Source of the DNA: an uncultured Ignavibacteria bacterium
GTDB lineage: Bacteria > Bacteroidota > Ignavibacteria > Tepidaquicellales > OLB5
Assembly: GCA_947084945.1 (NCBI GenBank)
Contig: CAMTUP010000015.1
Location: 24,576-88,575 of the forward strand
Length of the DNA stretch: 64,000 bases
Direction of reading: 5' to 3'
Under the pieces are notes generated by a model that made no database searches, was not told the DNA's origin, and saw only the letters and a program-made list of their open reading frames with translations. This document shows, in pieces, positions 55,401 to 63,774 of this stretch (position 1 is its first letter; each line of letters starts with the position of its first letter). Both the position numbers and the translations under genes were made by a program.

Positions 55401-56651
55401 TGAAGGTACTATTGGTGTATTACTGGTTTCAGATGGTGTTAATACCATTCTTTTCCCGGTGTTTGGTGTATTGAAACATATCCAGTAATAATTGCTCCTT
55501 GTATAATAATTAACCATATGGTTAAAGGTATTGCTTAGCGTGTCATAACTCCAGTTATTAACACTTCTTCCATAAAACAGTATAAAATCGTTATTATCAA
55601 AAACACCATCGTTTTCGCCTTCTATATAAACTGCATTTTCAACAAGATCGTTTGGTCTGGATAAATTCATTATTTCTCCAAGCAGTTCACCGCCATTGCC
55701 GTATATCTTAATTGTTCTCGGATCTATTCCGCTTAAATTTATTCCTGCATTTGTAAGAAATGGTCTTGTGATCTTGTATATACCTTCGCTGTTTCCTGCA
55801 TTATTATCTTTGATCTCAATTTTATACCAATCACCTGTAGATAGAACACTATTTATCAGAAGCCTGTTTTTAAAAGCATCTTTATATTTTGGATTAACCC
55901 AGTTGATTGACGTATTGAAATTAATTCCACTACCCGAAAGTAATGAGATTTCTTCTTTGCTTCTTGGTCTGCTTAGCTGAACAGGTGTTTCACCAAAATT
56001 GACCCTAATCCTTATTCTTGTATAAAATTTTACTGTTTTGGTTACAGGGTTAAACTGGAAAGGATATACAACAACATTTCCTGTAACAAGATCTCTTAAA
56101 GGACCTTGGTTTGCTAAACTTACAAAACCTTCAGGTAGAAATTTATTTTGAGAATATTCCGCACTCTTATTATATGTGTAATAAATATTTTCGAAGCTTC
56201 TGATATTTGGATTAATTAAACCAACCTGGGGAACAGGTGCAATAATTACATTTTGTACTTCTTTAACATCATAATCTATTATCTGCACCTGATTTCCTTT
56301 TTCAGAAGGAAGAAAAACCGAGAAACTTCTGTATTTCAAATCAGGTCTTCCTGCTTTAGTGATATCATTACCTAATCCATATTGGAAATCAAAAGTGGAA
56401 ACATACTCACCGTTAATAAATATTTTTTGTTCGGTAACTGCCTCAGGGTAGTATTCAAACTCAATATATGAAGAGTTTGAACTTATTATCTTATAGTCAG
56501 GTTTAACTTCACCAAACAGATAATCGCTCATTTCCGGGTTTTTTTTATCCAAATTGGTTGGATTTTTTGAAAAAAGGTTACTGCCTTGTGCAAATATATC
56601 TGCACCAGTCAGGATTATTAAAGCAATCAGGGAAATTTTTAATGATTTCAT
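52488..56651 (-). CDS. porU: T9SS C-terminal signal peptidase/sortase PorU (gingipain-like C25 cysteine peptidase)
   Basis: 1387 aa. A C25/caspase-like dyad is present: NIHFTGHGSPDVW (His codon 53942-53940) and FVTIASCDMSKF (Cys codon 53837-53835). There is a T9SS-type C-terminus (NYPNPFSSNTAFTF...GVYIYKMVV...KLAVLK), and porV is adjacent. Confidence 0.8.
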   Translation of the reverse strand: MKSLKISLIALIILTGADIFAQGSNLFSKNPTNLDKKNPEMSDYLFGEVKPDYKIISSNSSYIEFEYYPEAVTEQKIFINGEYVSTFDFQYGLGNDITKAGRPDLKYRSFSVFLPSEKGNQVQIIDYDVKEVQNVIIAPVPQVGLINPNIRSFENIYYTYNKSAEYSQNKFLPEGFVSLANQGPLRDLVTGNVVVYPFQFNPVTKTVKFYTRIRIRVNFGETPVQLSRPRSKEEISLLSGSGINFNTSINWVNPKYKDAFKNRLLINSVLSTGDWYKIEIKDNNAGNSEGIYKITRPFLTNAGINLSGIDPRTIKIYGNGGELLGEIMNLSRPNDLVENAVYIEGENDGVFDNNDFILFYGRSVNNWSYDTLSNTFNHMVNYYTRSNYYWICFNTPNTGKRMVLTPSETSNTPIVPSSFTERIFTEPDEANLISEGNLWLSFSKRPGQSFEWNTTLTGLENNSDILYRVKLAQRVICPNTGYFLVKDDFSNMSEFSNPLSCVYPGFNEWINTIAYEFTINQSQKTNGEQVKLRSTFYASSGEAEGYLDWYEILYKRRLNSVTNDFLNFYSPNTSAVVEYNVSSFSNNNVRVFDATSHNDVKLIQPLVTLSSNVKFQKTETSNTLSRFFAVGENGYKTPTGISSRVSNQNLHGISDGADFIIITHKDFISAAERLKIKREQVGTSNPDYLKTMIVTTDQIFNEFSGGLLDAVAMRDFIKYAYENWSKRPTFVCLLGDGGFDYKNIITQGGNYVPPWELTSPQIHQVSGLTTDDFFVNVVDGQNLIGKPDLAIGRIPANSLVDANGYINKIDAYENGENNGYWKNRMLFVADDEKTTAPDCERIGHLTQIEALAELHTPPYIDKKKVYLANYPTVITPQGRRKPQVNSDIAKNWSEGTLNIHFTGHGSPDVWTHEYVLVKDIILSLINNTNRYPFVTIASCDMSKFDNPSNISAGELFMMANRKGAIGTFAASRPVYASGNDALMRPLFNNLYTPRDTLLLQKRFGAAIFSTKQQISYSENDAKYILLCDPTIRVQMPRFRSIIDSISGLTGDTMKALSRIKIYGSVVKPDTSLWTDYNGKLVLKIYDVDRNAATSEDCNPPYVQYFKLNGGIIYSGIKNVQNGKWSAEFIVPKDISYQNQPGKLINYFFNNQFDGAGINRNFIVGGINPNAAIDTTGPRISMFVNTRNFRSGDIVNDNFKFIADLFDESGINTTGTLGHKLEGVLDGDENNKYDFTNYYNSDTSYTSGTLEYDFSGISIGRHTLKLKAWDTYNNSSVATIEFEVTSTGTLQVTNIYNYPNPFSSNTAFTFQHNYPADIVVKIKVYTVAGRLIKEIEKQNISDKFVVINWDGKDQDGETLGNGVYIYKMVVESVDGLSVTNTGKLAVLK

Positions 56652-56676
56652 TCTGGTATTATTAATTGTTTTAAAT

Positions 56677-56712
56677 AAAAAAACCGAAATTGAATAAATA
56701 GTTCAATTCGGC
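56677..56712 (-). terminator. Rho-independent terminator after the GT9 gene
   Basis: Minus strand reads gccgaattgaa-ctattta-ttcaatttcgg (one bulge), followed by ttttttt. Confidence 0.65.
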
Positions 56713-56896
56713 TTTATAAAAATCCTTACAAAATATATTGCTAGCGGTATCCGTTTTTATAAAACCGAAATTCAAACCTCTAACAATTATTCTATAATTT
56801 TTTACCCTCTTTATACAGCAATATATATTGAGAAGTAAGAAATGTCAAGACAAAATGCCTCGTAAAAAAGCCGGAAAAAGCATTAAACCGTAATAC

Positions 56897-58000
56897 TTAA
56901 ACACTTAAAAAGGTCATACTGGTTTCAAGAACACCTAAAATATCAATATTATTGATATTTATCCCATTTGCCTGTATTGCTGCTTTATTTTTTCCTACCG
57001 GACCCCATTCATGAGCTTTTGTTGGTCCAAATAACCCAATTACAGGAACATCAAATCCGGCTGCAAGATGCATTATTCCTGTATCATTTGAAATAAATAG
57101 AGCCGTTCTGCTGATATTTGCCGCATTTTTCATTATTTCTCCATTATACTTAGTATATTTTATATGAGGATACCTTTGTTTTAAGATCTTTTCCAGATTT
57201 TCAATATATTTTTTATCACAATGACCTTCGGAAATGTAAAAATATGCACCTGTTCTTTTATCTAACAATTCCATCAATTCTGAAAATTTTTCCTGAGACC
57301 ATACATTTTGCTCCTTGGCTGCTCCGGGATGAAAACCTATTACTTTCTTTGTAGAATCAGGAAAGTTAGCCGAGTAAAATTCAGAAGCAAATTTTTCCTG
57401 CTCTCCGGTTAAAGTTAATTTTATAAAATTCTCGCTTGGTTTGATTCCCAACTGACTTATAACATCAAGGTTTCTTTCAATTTGATGAACTTTTTTTGAA
57501 TCCCACAAAAAATCTTTTTTAATATTAAGCGTATAACCTATCCTATTCGGTTCGAAATCTTTTGATTTTACACCAACCCTGTATTTTGCTTGTGAATAAT
57601 ATGCCATTAAATGATTAGTTGCCGAAAAAATAACCGATGATGGAATTATTGCAAGTTCTGGTTTCTTATCCCGAAGTATTTTTAAAAGGTCTATAAATTT
57701 TTCAAATCCATTCTCATACAATAGTATATTATTTACAGGTGAGTTATTATTATCAAATATTTCTTTAAAACCTGTTGAGCTTTTTGTAACAAGAGTGATA
57801 TCAGCATCCGGAAAATAACTTCTTACAGAGCGTAGCATTGGGACTGAACACAGCATATCTCCAAGCTGGTGTCTTACTACAATAAGAATATTTTTTATAC
57901 TTTGAAGCTCTTCAAGAGAGGGTGTTAAGTCTTTTTCTAATACAAAACCTTTGAAAATTTTTAAGCCAAAATCACCAAGTACTTTTTCTATCTTGCTCAA
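56897..58000 (-). CDS. Family-9 glycosyltransferase (LPS heptosyltransferase-like)
   Basis: ILIVRHQLGDMLCSVPMLRSVR and SNDTGIMHLAAGFDVPVIGLFGPT are GT9 signatures. Confidence 0.8.
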   Translation of the reverse strand: MSKIEKVLGDFGLKIFKGFVLEKDLTPSLEELQSIKNILIVVRHQLGDMLCSVPMLRSVRSYFPDADITLVTKSSTGFKEIFDNNNSPVNNILLYENGFEKFIDLLKILRDKKPELAIIPSSVIFSATNHLMAYYSQAKYRVGVKSKDFEPNRIGYTLNIKKDFLWDSKKVHQIERNLDVISQLGIKPSENFIKLTLTGEQEKFASEFYSANFPDSTKKVIGFHPGAAKEQNVWSQEKFSELMELLDKRTGAYFYISEGHCDKKYIENLEKILKQRYPHIKYTKYNGEIMKNAANISRTALFISNDTGIMHLAAGFDVPVIGLFGPTKAHEWGPVGKNKAAIQANGININNIDILGVLETSMTFLSV

Positions 58001-58010
58001 AACAAAATAC

Positions 58011-58193
58011 TCAATCTTTCTTTACTTCACGGAATTCAGCATCTTGTATCTTATTTACATCATATGTTCTCTTTTGTGATGTATCCTTTGGGTTTTGTGT
58101 TTTGATTTCCTTTGATCCGTTTATACTTCTAATGATTATTTTAACAACCAGATAAATAAAATACAAAAGTATTGCAATTATAATATATTTCAT
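58011..58193 (-). CDS. Small single-pass membrane protein
   Basis: 60 aa, MKYIIIAILLYFIYLVVKIIIRS.... The start overlaps the upstream stop by 1 nt (TAATG), suggesting translational coupling. Confidence 0.45.
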   Translation of the reverse strand: MKYIIIAILLYFIYLVVKIIIRSINGSKEIKTQNPKDTSQKRTYDVNKIQDAEFREVKKD

Positions 58194-58864
58194 TATTGAG
58201 CAGTTTTTCTTAACGAAGGATTATAATACTTAATTGCAGATTGATCTGATTTGAATATTTCATTTACAAGATCATCAAAATCGGATTGGTTATTTACAAA
58301 ATCAACCTCTTCGCAATTCACTATCATTATTTTTGTTGCTTTATAGCGTGAAAAGAAATAATTGTATGCTTCATTCAAACTGCTGATGTATTCCTCACTG
58401 ATCTCTTTTTCAATTTCCCTTTGTCTTTTCCTGATATTGAGCATAAGTCTTTCTACCGATGATTGAAGATAAATAACAAGGTCAGGCACAACTATTCCTT
58501 TATCCAGCCCCTTTACAACCAGTTCATAAATCTTTAACTCATCATCACTTAAATTTAAATAAGCAAAAATCTTATCCTTTTCAAAAATATAGTCACATAC
58601 AACAAAATTCTGGAAAAGCTCTTTCTGGTTTACATTCTGAAGCTGTGTATATCTTTCAAGCAGGAAGAATATTTGTGTTCTAAGAGCATATTCTTCGGGG
58701 CTGACGTAGAATTTCTCGAGAAACGGGTTATCTTCAAAGTTTTCTAGTATTAACTTGGCATTAATCCGCTCTGAAAGCATCTGAGCTATTGATGTCTTAC
58801 CAGCACCAATAACGCCTTCTATAGCAATGTAGCTTATTTTTGAATTGGATATATTACTTATCAA
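58193..58864 (-). CDS. Deoxynucleoside kinase
   Basis: P-loop IAIEGVIGAGKTS, with an ERS-like segment and length typical of the dNK/dCK-dGK family. Confidence 0.8.
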   Translation of the reverse strand: MISNISNSKISYIAIEGVIGAGKTSIAQMLSERINAKLILENFEDNPFLEKFYVSPEEYALRTQIFFLLERYTQLQNVNQKELFQNFVVCDYIFEKDKIFAYLNLSDDELKIYELVVKGLDKGIVVPDLVIYLQSSVERLMLNIRKRQREIEKEISEEYISSLNEAYNYFFSRYKATKIMIVNCEEVDFVNNQSDFDDLVNEIFKSDQSAIKYYNPSLRKTAQ

Positions 58865-59354
58865 TTGATATTACTTCTTTAACTTTGCAATTATCTTTGC
58901 TTCCGGTATATATGTTTTTAATACTTTTATTTAGTCCGGGATAAATAAATCTCGGTATTAATTCAACAAGAGGTATTAATACAAAATTCCTTTGTTTAAT
59001 ATAAGGATGCGGAACAGTAATCTTACTATTATTTATAATCCTATTCCCGTAAAAAAGAATATCAATATCAATTTCCCTTGCCCGCCATTTGGTATTATCT
59101 TTTCTGCCTGCATTAATTTCGTAACTTTTCAATAGTTCAAGAAGTTTTAATGCTTCTAACCTGCATAAAAATACAGCCGCACAGTTTAAAAAGTAATTTT
59201 GTTTTTTGTAACCCCAAGGCTCAGTTTCATATATTTTTGAAACTGCAAGTAAATTTAAATCTTTGTTTAACGAAAATATTTTTAAAGCACTCTTAATATT
59301 TAAAAACCTGTTACCAATATTTGAACCAAACCCAAGAACAACTAATTCTAACAT
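58854..59354 (-). CDS. folK: 2-amino-4-hydroxy-6-hydroxymethyldihydropteridine pyrophosphokinase
   Basis: LGFGSNIGN, YETEPWG, REIDIDILFY and TVPHPYIKQRNFVLIPL. Confidence 0.9.
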   Translation of the reverse strand: MLELVVLGFGSNIGNRFLNIKSALKIFSLNKDLNLLAVSKIYETEPWGYKKQNYFLNCAAVFLCRLEALKLLELLKSYEINAGRKDNTKWRAREIDIDILFYGNRIINNSKITVPHPYIKQRNFVLIPLVELIPRFIYPGLNKSIKNIYTGSKDNCKVKEVISIDK

Positions 59355-59363
59355 TTATTATAA

Positions 59364-59744
59364 CTATTCCTTTACAGCATGCCTGTATTCAGAATGCTCA
59401 ACTTCTACATAATCAGTTAAACCCCCAAGAGGAGGTGAAGGTTTACGAACATTAATCACTACTTTTTGAACCATTGAAAAATTCTCAATGATCTTTATAG
59501 CAATCCTGTATGCAAGCGCTTCAATAAGGGAAAACTTTTCCAATGAAACTACTTCTTTTATAAATTTATATGCCTGTTCATAATCCAGTGTCTTTTTTAG
59601 ATTATCTTCAGCTTCTGCTTCAGTTACATCGCAGGTCATTTCTGCATCAATTTCAAAAAGTCCGCCGCTCATTCTTTCTGTATCAAGCACTCCATGATGA
59701 GCGTAGAATTTTGCGTTTTTTATGCGAATGATAGTGTAGTTCAT
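59364..59744 (-). CDS. folB: Dihydroneopterin aldolase
   Basis: IRIKNAKFYAHHGVLDTERMSGGLFEIDAEM and LIEALAYRIA. The start is placed at MNYTIIRI; the track ORF extends to 59783. Confidence 0.85.
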   Translation of the reverse strand: MNYTIIRIKNAKFYAHHGVLDTERMSGGLFEIDAEMTCDVTEAEAEDNLKKTLDYEQAYKFIKEVVSLEKFSLIEALAYRIAIKIIENFSMVQKVVINVRKPSPPLGGLTDYVEVEHSEYRHAVKE

Positions 59745-59807
59745 ATTATTATTATTTTTAGAGTACATCAACTGTGCCTGCACAGCTATGACGTGGTTGA
59801 TGCAGTT

Positions 59808-60884
59808 TTATTTCTTTTTATTCTTTAACTGCTTTTTAGCCTTTGGTTTTGTGCTTTTTGATACTCTTAAACTCTTTTTAGTAACTTTGCTTCCGGATTT
59901 CTTTTTCTTAGATGATAGCTTGTTCTTAGCTGATATTGAAGCTGCCTTTTTTGATGATTTTCCCAAAGATTTAGATTTTGCCTTCTTAGCTTTAGCTTCC
60001 TCAAGTGCTAATTTTACCATTGAACCCATTTCAGCTGGTGATTCTGCTACATAAATTCCCGCATCTTTCAAAGCTTTTATCTTATCTTCTGCTGTGCCTT
60101 TGCCGCCTGCTATAATAGCCCCCGCATGACCCATTCTTCTGCCCGGTGGTGCTGTTCTGCCTGCTATATAGCCTACAACCGGTTTAGTAACATATTTTTT
60201 TACATATTCAGCGCATGTTTCTTCTGCATTTCCGCCAATTTCGCCTATCATTATAATTGCATCGGTCTTTTTATCTTCATTGAACAATTTCATTGCATCA
60301 ATAAAGTTTGTGCCAATTATTGGGTCTCCGCCAATACCAATACAGGTTGATTGTCCTAAACCTAATGCAGTTAATTGCGCAACCGCTTCATATGTTAATG
60401 TACCGCTTCTAGAAATGAGTCCAACCCTTCCCTGTAAATGTATGAATCCCGGCATGATACCAATTTTACATTCACCTGGGGTAATTATTCCCGGACAATT
60501 TGGTCCTACCATTCTAACATTTCTTCCTGCTTTGTTCAGATCTTCAAGGTAATTCTTAGCTGTTATCATATCCTTTGTGGGGATACCTTCTGTTATGGTA
60601 ACAATAACATCAACCCCTGAATCGGCTGCTTCAATGATTGCATCTAAAGCAAATGCTGGAGGTACAAAAATAACAGATGTATTTACTCTGGCTTTTTCAA
60701 CCGCTTCTTTGCAGGTATTAAATATCGGCACTTTTTCATCAAACATAGTACCGCCTTTGCCCGGTGTAACACCTGCAACAACGTTTGTGCCATATTCTAT
60801 CATTTGTCTTGTATGAAAGGAACCTTCAGAGCCTGTAATGCCCTGCACCATTAATCTTGTGTTATTATTTACTAAAACGCTCAT
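59808..60884 (-). CDS. sucD: Succinyl-CoA ligase alpha subunit with a Lys/Ser-rich C-terminal extension
   Basis: [43 protein letters not shown] and MGHAGAII (catalytic His loop). The canonical fold ends near residue ~295 and is followed by [16 protein letters not shown]...[13 protein letters not shown]. Confidence 0.9.
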   Translation of the reverse strand: MSVLVNNNTRLMVQGITGSEGSFHTRQMIEYGTNVVAGVTPGKGGTMFDEKVPIFNTCKEAVEKARVNTSVIFVPPAFALDAIIEAADSGVDVIVTITEGIPTKDMITAKNYLEDLNKAGRNVRMVGPNCPGIITPGECKIGIMPGFIHLQGRVGLISRSGTLTYEAVAQLTALGLGQSTCIGIGGDPIIGTNFIDAMKLFNEDKKTDAIIMIGEIGGNAEETCAEYVKKYVTKPVVGYIAGRTAPPGRRMGHAGAIIAGGKGTAEDKIKALKDAGIYVAESPAEMGSMVKLALEEAKAKKAKSKSLGKSSKKAASISAKNKLSSKKKKSGSKVTKKSLRVSKSTKPKAKKQLKNKKK

Positions 60885-60932
60885 TAACCGCTGCTTTCTA
60901 TAATAAAAATTATGTATTTATTGTGGGAATTA

Positions 60933-60955
60933 CTCCAAGGGAGTCCCTTTGGGAC
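60933..60955. other. Double mini-hairpin in the sucD leader
   Basis: ctcc-aag-ggag followed by tccc-ttt-ggga; pattern related to the rhs palindrome tcc-gaa-gga-c-tcc-ttt-gga. Confidence 0.45.
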
Positions 60956-61034
60956 AAATTTAAGGATTATAATCTTATGAAAAAATACCACAAATTCTAT
61001 TAATTAAAACTTAATTTTACTGTAATTTTGCAAT

Positions 61035-61061
61035 AAAAAAGGCAGCCAAATGGGCTGCCTT
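61035..61061 (-). terminator. Rho-independent terminator of the 61085-61798 gene
   Basis: Minus strand reads aaggcagcc-cattt-ggctgcctt, followed by tttttt. Confidence 0.75.
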
Positions 61062-61084
61062 CAAGATATAATTTTTTATTTTAT

Positions 61085-61798
61085 TTATTCTTCTTTAACA
61101 GAATTACTTACAATTAACCACTCACCGTTCTTATTTGCCGAAAGATTATACGTAACCGTAAGCATTTTTGTTACCTCTGTATCTTTACCGTCTTTTTTTA
61201 CTATTTGGGTCTGCTTTACCTTTGCTACTACACTTGCTTTATCATCTTTCTGGCTCAATACCTTAGGCTCTTCTATAACAGTAAACTGCTTTGTATTTCT
61301 GTAGCCTGATTTCATCTTATCAACCGAGCGTGATGGAAAATATTTATGCGCTTTTTTCATGTTGGCATCAAAGTTACCTGATTCATTTATCCCGCGATGT
61401 ATGTATTCATAATAATCTTTAACTGTTGTAGTTGGATTTTCGAACTTCTTGGTTATTTCCTTCTGTATCTCTTTTTTCTTTTTCTGCTTCTTTTCCTTCT
61501 CAACTTTCTTTAAGGAATCTTTTTGTACCTGTGTCATATTCTGTGTTATAGTTGTTGAAACTGTATCGGTGTCAGTATTTTGCTGAGTTGAAGTGTTTTC
61601 AACCATACCCATTTTTTTTTCGCGTTCTTCAAGTTCTATTTCCTTCAGTTTAACTCTTGCTTCACGGTCATTCAACTCTTTTTCCTTATCAGCAAGTATC
61701 TGGAAGCTGGTTTTATTTTGCTCTTCACGCTCTTTTGTGCAACCTGTAATGAAAATTAATATTACAAGGACTGCTATATATTTAATGTAGTTACTCAT
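61085..61798 (-). CDS. Hypothetical lipoprotein with a K/E-rich coiled segment
   Basis: Lipobox FITGCTKE; 237 aa; no catalytic motif recognised. Confidence 0.5.
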   Translation of the reverse strand: MSNYIKYIAVLVILIFITGCTKEREEQNKTSFQILADKEKELNDREARVKLKEIELEEREKKMGMVENTSTQQNTDTDTVSTTITQNMTQVQKDSLKKVEKEKKQKKKKEIQKEITKKFENPTTTVKDYYEYIHRGINESGNFDANMKKAHKYFPSRSVDKMKSGYRNTKQFTVIEEPKVLSQKDDKASVVAKVKQTQIVKKDGKDTEVTKMLTVTYNLSANKNGEWLIVSNSVKEE

Positions 61799-61912
61799 AA
61801 TTATTGAATTATTGGTTTATATGATTACCTTAACTGTAAATATAATAGCAAAATAAAGAAATTGCAACCTTATAAAAAAATATAAACTTTTAATATATTG
61901 AAATTTATTGGT

Positions 61913-62698
61913 TTATTGCGATTCGTAAAGTGTTTTATAGTTTTGAAATGCATTAAATAAAGCAATTGCAACATCATTTTGTCCCTTTTCGCTTGAAAGA
62001 TATTTTTCATTATTAATATCTGAAAGATACCCGATTTCAACTAAAACTGATGGCATTGAAGCACCTAATGTAACCCAATTGCCGGCTTGTATTACACCTC
62101 TTGAAATAAGCTCGGTATGATCCAGCATACTTATCTCAATTATAGATGCTAGATATTCGCTAAACCTTGAATAACCTGCTTGTGCAAGATTTGAAAAAAT
62201 AAAATTATCCATAGTATCCTTGCCAAACTGCTTGAATGCTATCTGATAATTTTGTTTCATTGTAAACTCAACTGCTTCAGGAAATCTTTCCTTATTGAGC
62301 AGATAAATTTCAAATCCATGTTTATCACTTTCTTCCAGTTTCTTATGGTTTGCATGAATACTTACAAAAAGTTTTGCCTTCTGATTGTTTGCTGATATTG
62401 TTCTATCCTTTACAGCTGAATATTCATCGGTTGTCCTTGAATAAATAATTTTAATTTCAGGATATTTATCTTCTATCATCCTGCCAAGTTTTATAGAAAT
62501 CGGCAGAACAATATTTTTTTCATAGACACCCGTTTTACCGCCAATTGCACCGGGATCTTTCCCTCCATGACCTGCATCAATATAAATTACATCAAGCCTG
62601 CATTGAGAAAATAATGTCAAATTACAAAATCCAAATGCCAAAATAAGCAATAGCTGTTTTGTTATATTTTTTGAAATTTGAGATTTGAAATTTGTCAT
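61913..62698 (-). CDS. N-acetylmuramoyl-L-alanine amidase (Amidase_3)
   Basis: IDAGHGGKDPGA, VSIHAN and VLVEIGYLSD. The start is placed at MTNFKSQ, which removes the overlap with yajQ. Confidence 0.85.
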   Translation of the reverse strand: MTNFKSQISKNITKQLLLILAFGFCNLTLFSQCRLDVIYIDAGHGGKDPGAIGGKTGVYEKNIVLPISIKLGRMIEDKYPEIKIIYSRTTDEYSAVKDRTISANNQKAKLFVSIHANHKKLEESDKHGFEIYLLNKERFPEAVEFTMKQNYQIAFKQFGKDTMDNFIFSNLAQAGYSRFSEYLASIIEISMLDHTELISRGVIQAGNWVTLGASMPSVLVEIGYLSDINNEKYLSSEKGQNDVAIALFNAFQNYKTLYESQ

Positions 62699-62705
62699 TT
62701 TGCTT

Positions 62706-63203
62706 TTATCTGTAGTTTGTGAACTGAACCGCAAAATCAAGCTCTGCACCTTTTACCAGTGCAATTGCTTCCTGCAGAAGATCTTTATCTCTGCTTGATA
62801 CCCTCACCTGCTCATCTTGAATAGCAGCCTGAACTTTCATCTTAGAATCCTTAATTAACTTCACAATTAACTTTGCATTATCTTTGCTGATGCCCTGTAA
62901 TACTTCTATAACCTGCCTCATCATTGAGCCGGATGCTTGCTCAGCAGGTTTATATTTCATGGATTTAAGAGGAATATGCCGCTTCACAAATTTATTCTGA
63001 AGCATATCAATAACCGCTTTAAGCTTATAATCATCATCTGCCAGTATAGTAATAGTCTTCTCTTTTTCGCTGTATTCAATTGTACTTTTGGACCCCTTGA
63101 AGTCATACCTCTGAAGAATTTCCTTGCGAGCCTGGTTAACAGAATTATCAATTTCCTGCCAGTCAATTTCCGAGACTATATCAAATGAATATGTATCTGC
63201 CAT
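62706..63203 (-). CDS. yajQ: YajQ-family (UPF0234) nucleotide-binding protein
   Basis: [33 protein letters not shown]...[21 protein letters not shown]; 165 aa. Confidence 0.85.
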   Translation of the reverse strand: MADTYSFDIVSEIDWQEIDNSVNQARKEILQRYDFKGSKSTIEYSEKEKTITILADDDYKLKAVIDMLQNKFVKRHIPLKSMKYKPAEQASGSMMRQVIEVLQGISKDNAKLIVKLIKDSKMKVQAAIQDEQVRVSSRDKDLLQEAIALVKGAELDFAVQFTNYR

Positions 63204-63206
63204 AAC

Positions 63207-63488
63207 TTAAACCTTCAATTTTTTATTTATGAAATTATACTTATATAAGTTTTCTCTCCCTAGAATTTGCTCAACATGAAATACTTCATTACAGTCATCA
63301 AAAGAAAACATTTCACCATCCAGAACATACCAGTGTTCCCTTTGGGTTGAATTAAGTTTCTTAATTGATGTGAAATAAATCAAAGGAACCGAAATATCTC
63401 TTCCATCAGCCAGTAAAACATTCATTTTCCCTTTAAAAGGAAATGATATTTTCTTTATTAATGGTTTTATTTTTCTTAGTCCGTCCAT
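63207..63488 (-). CDS. DUF2442-domain protein
   Basis: 93 aa. LLADGRDISVPLIYFTSIKKLNSTQREHWYVLDGEMFSFDD resembles DUF2442, and it sits in the usual pairing downstream of a DUF4160 gene. Confidence 0.6.
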   Translation of the reverse strand: MDGLRKIKPLIKKISFPFKGKMNVLLADGRDISVPLIYFTSIKKLNSTQREHWYVLDGEMFSFDDCNEVFHVEQILGRENLYKYNFINKKLKV

Positions 63489-63772
63489 TATTTTGAAATT
63501 TTTATAGTTTTAATTTTTTGACCTTTTCCAAATTTTTCAATCTGTTCTTTAAGCAATTTAATATTTTCTTTAATTAATTTCTCTATCTTTTTTAATTCAG
63601 TTGCAGAAAAACCCCCTTTATCTACAACTTCAATAAATGGTTCAAGCCAAAACTTTGCTGTTCTTCGGTACCTTACTTTTTTGGATTCAACATGGACATG
63701 TTTTCTGTTTTCGGCTAAATCACTCGAGTAAATAAGAAAAACATATTGGTTTATAATGAGAAGTTTTGGCAT
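63488..63772 (-). CDS. DUF4160-domain protein
   Basis: FLIYSSDLAENRKHVHVESKK...AKFWLEP....GGFSATELKKIEKLIKENIKLL fits the DUF4160 pattern. It overlaps the downstream gene by 1 nt. Confidence 0.65.
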   Translation of the reverse strand: MPKLLIINQYVFLIYSSDLAENRKHVHVESKKVRYRRTAKFWLEPFIEVVDKGGFSATELKKIEKLIKENIKLLKEQIEKFGKGQKIKTIKISK

Positions 63773-63774
63773 TT

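Noticed and set aside
59788-60816. Plus-strand ORFs antisense to sucD (59788-60054, 60126-60350, 60280-60552, 60438-60620, 60577-60816)
   Set aside because: The minus-strand frame encodes an unmistakable SucD. The F/L-rich 59788-60054 product is simply the complement of the Lys-codon-rich tail.
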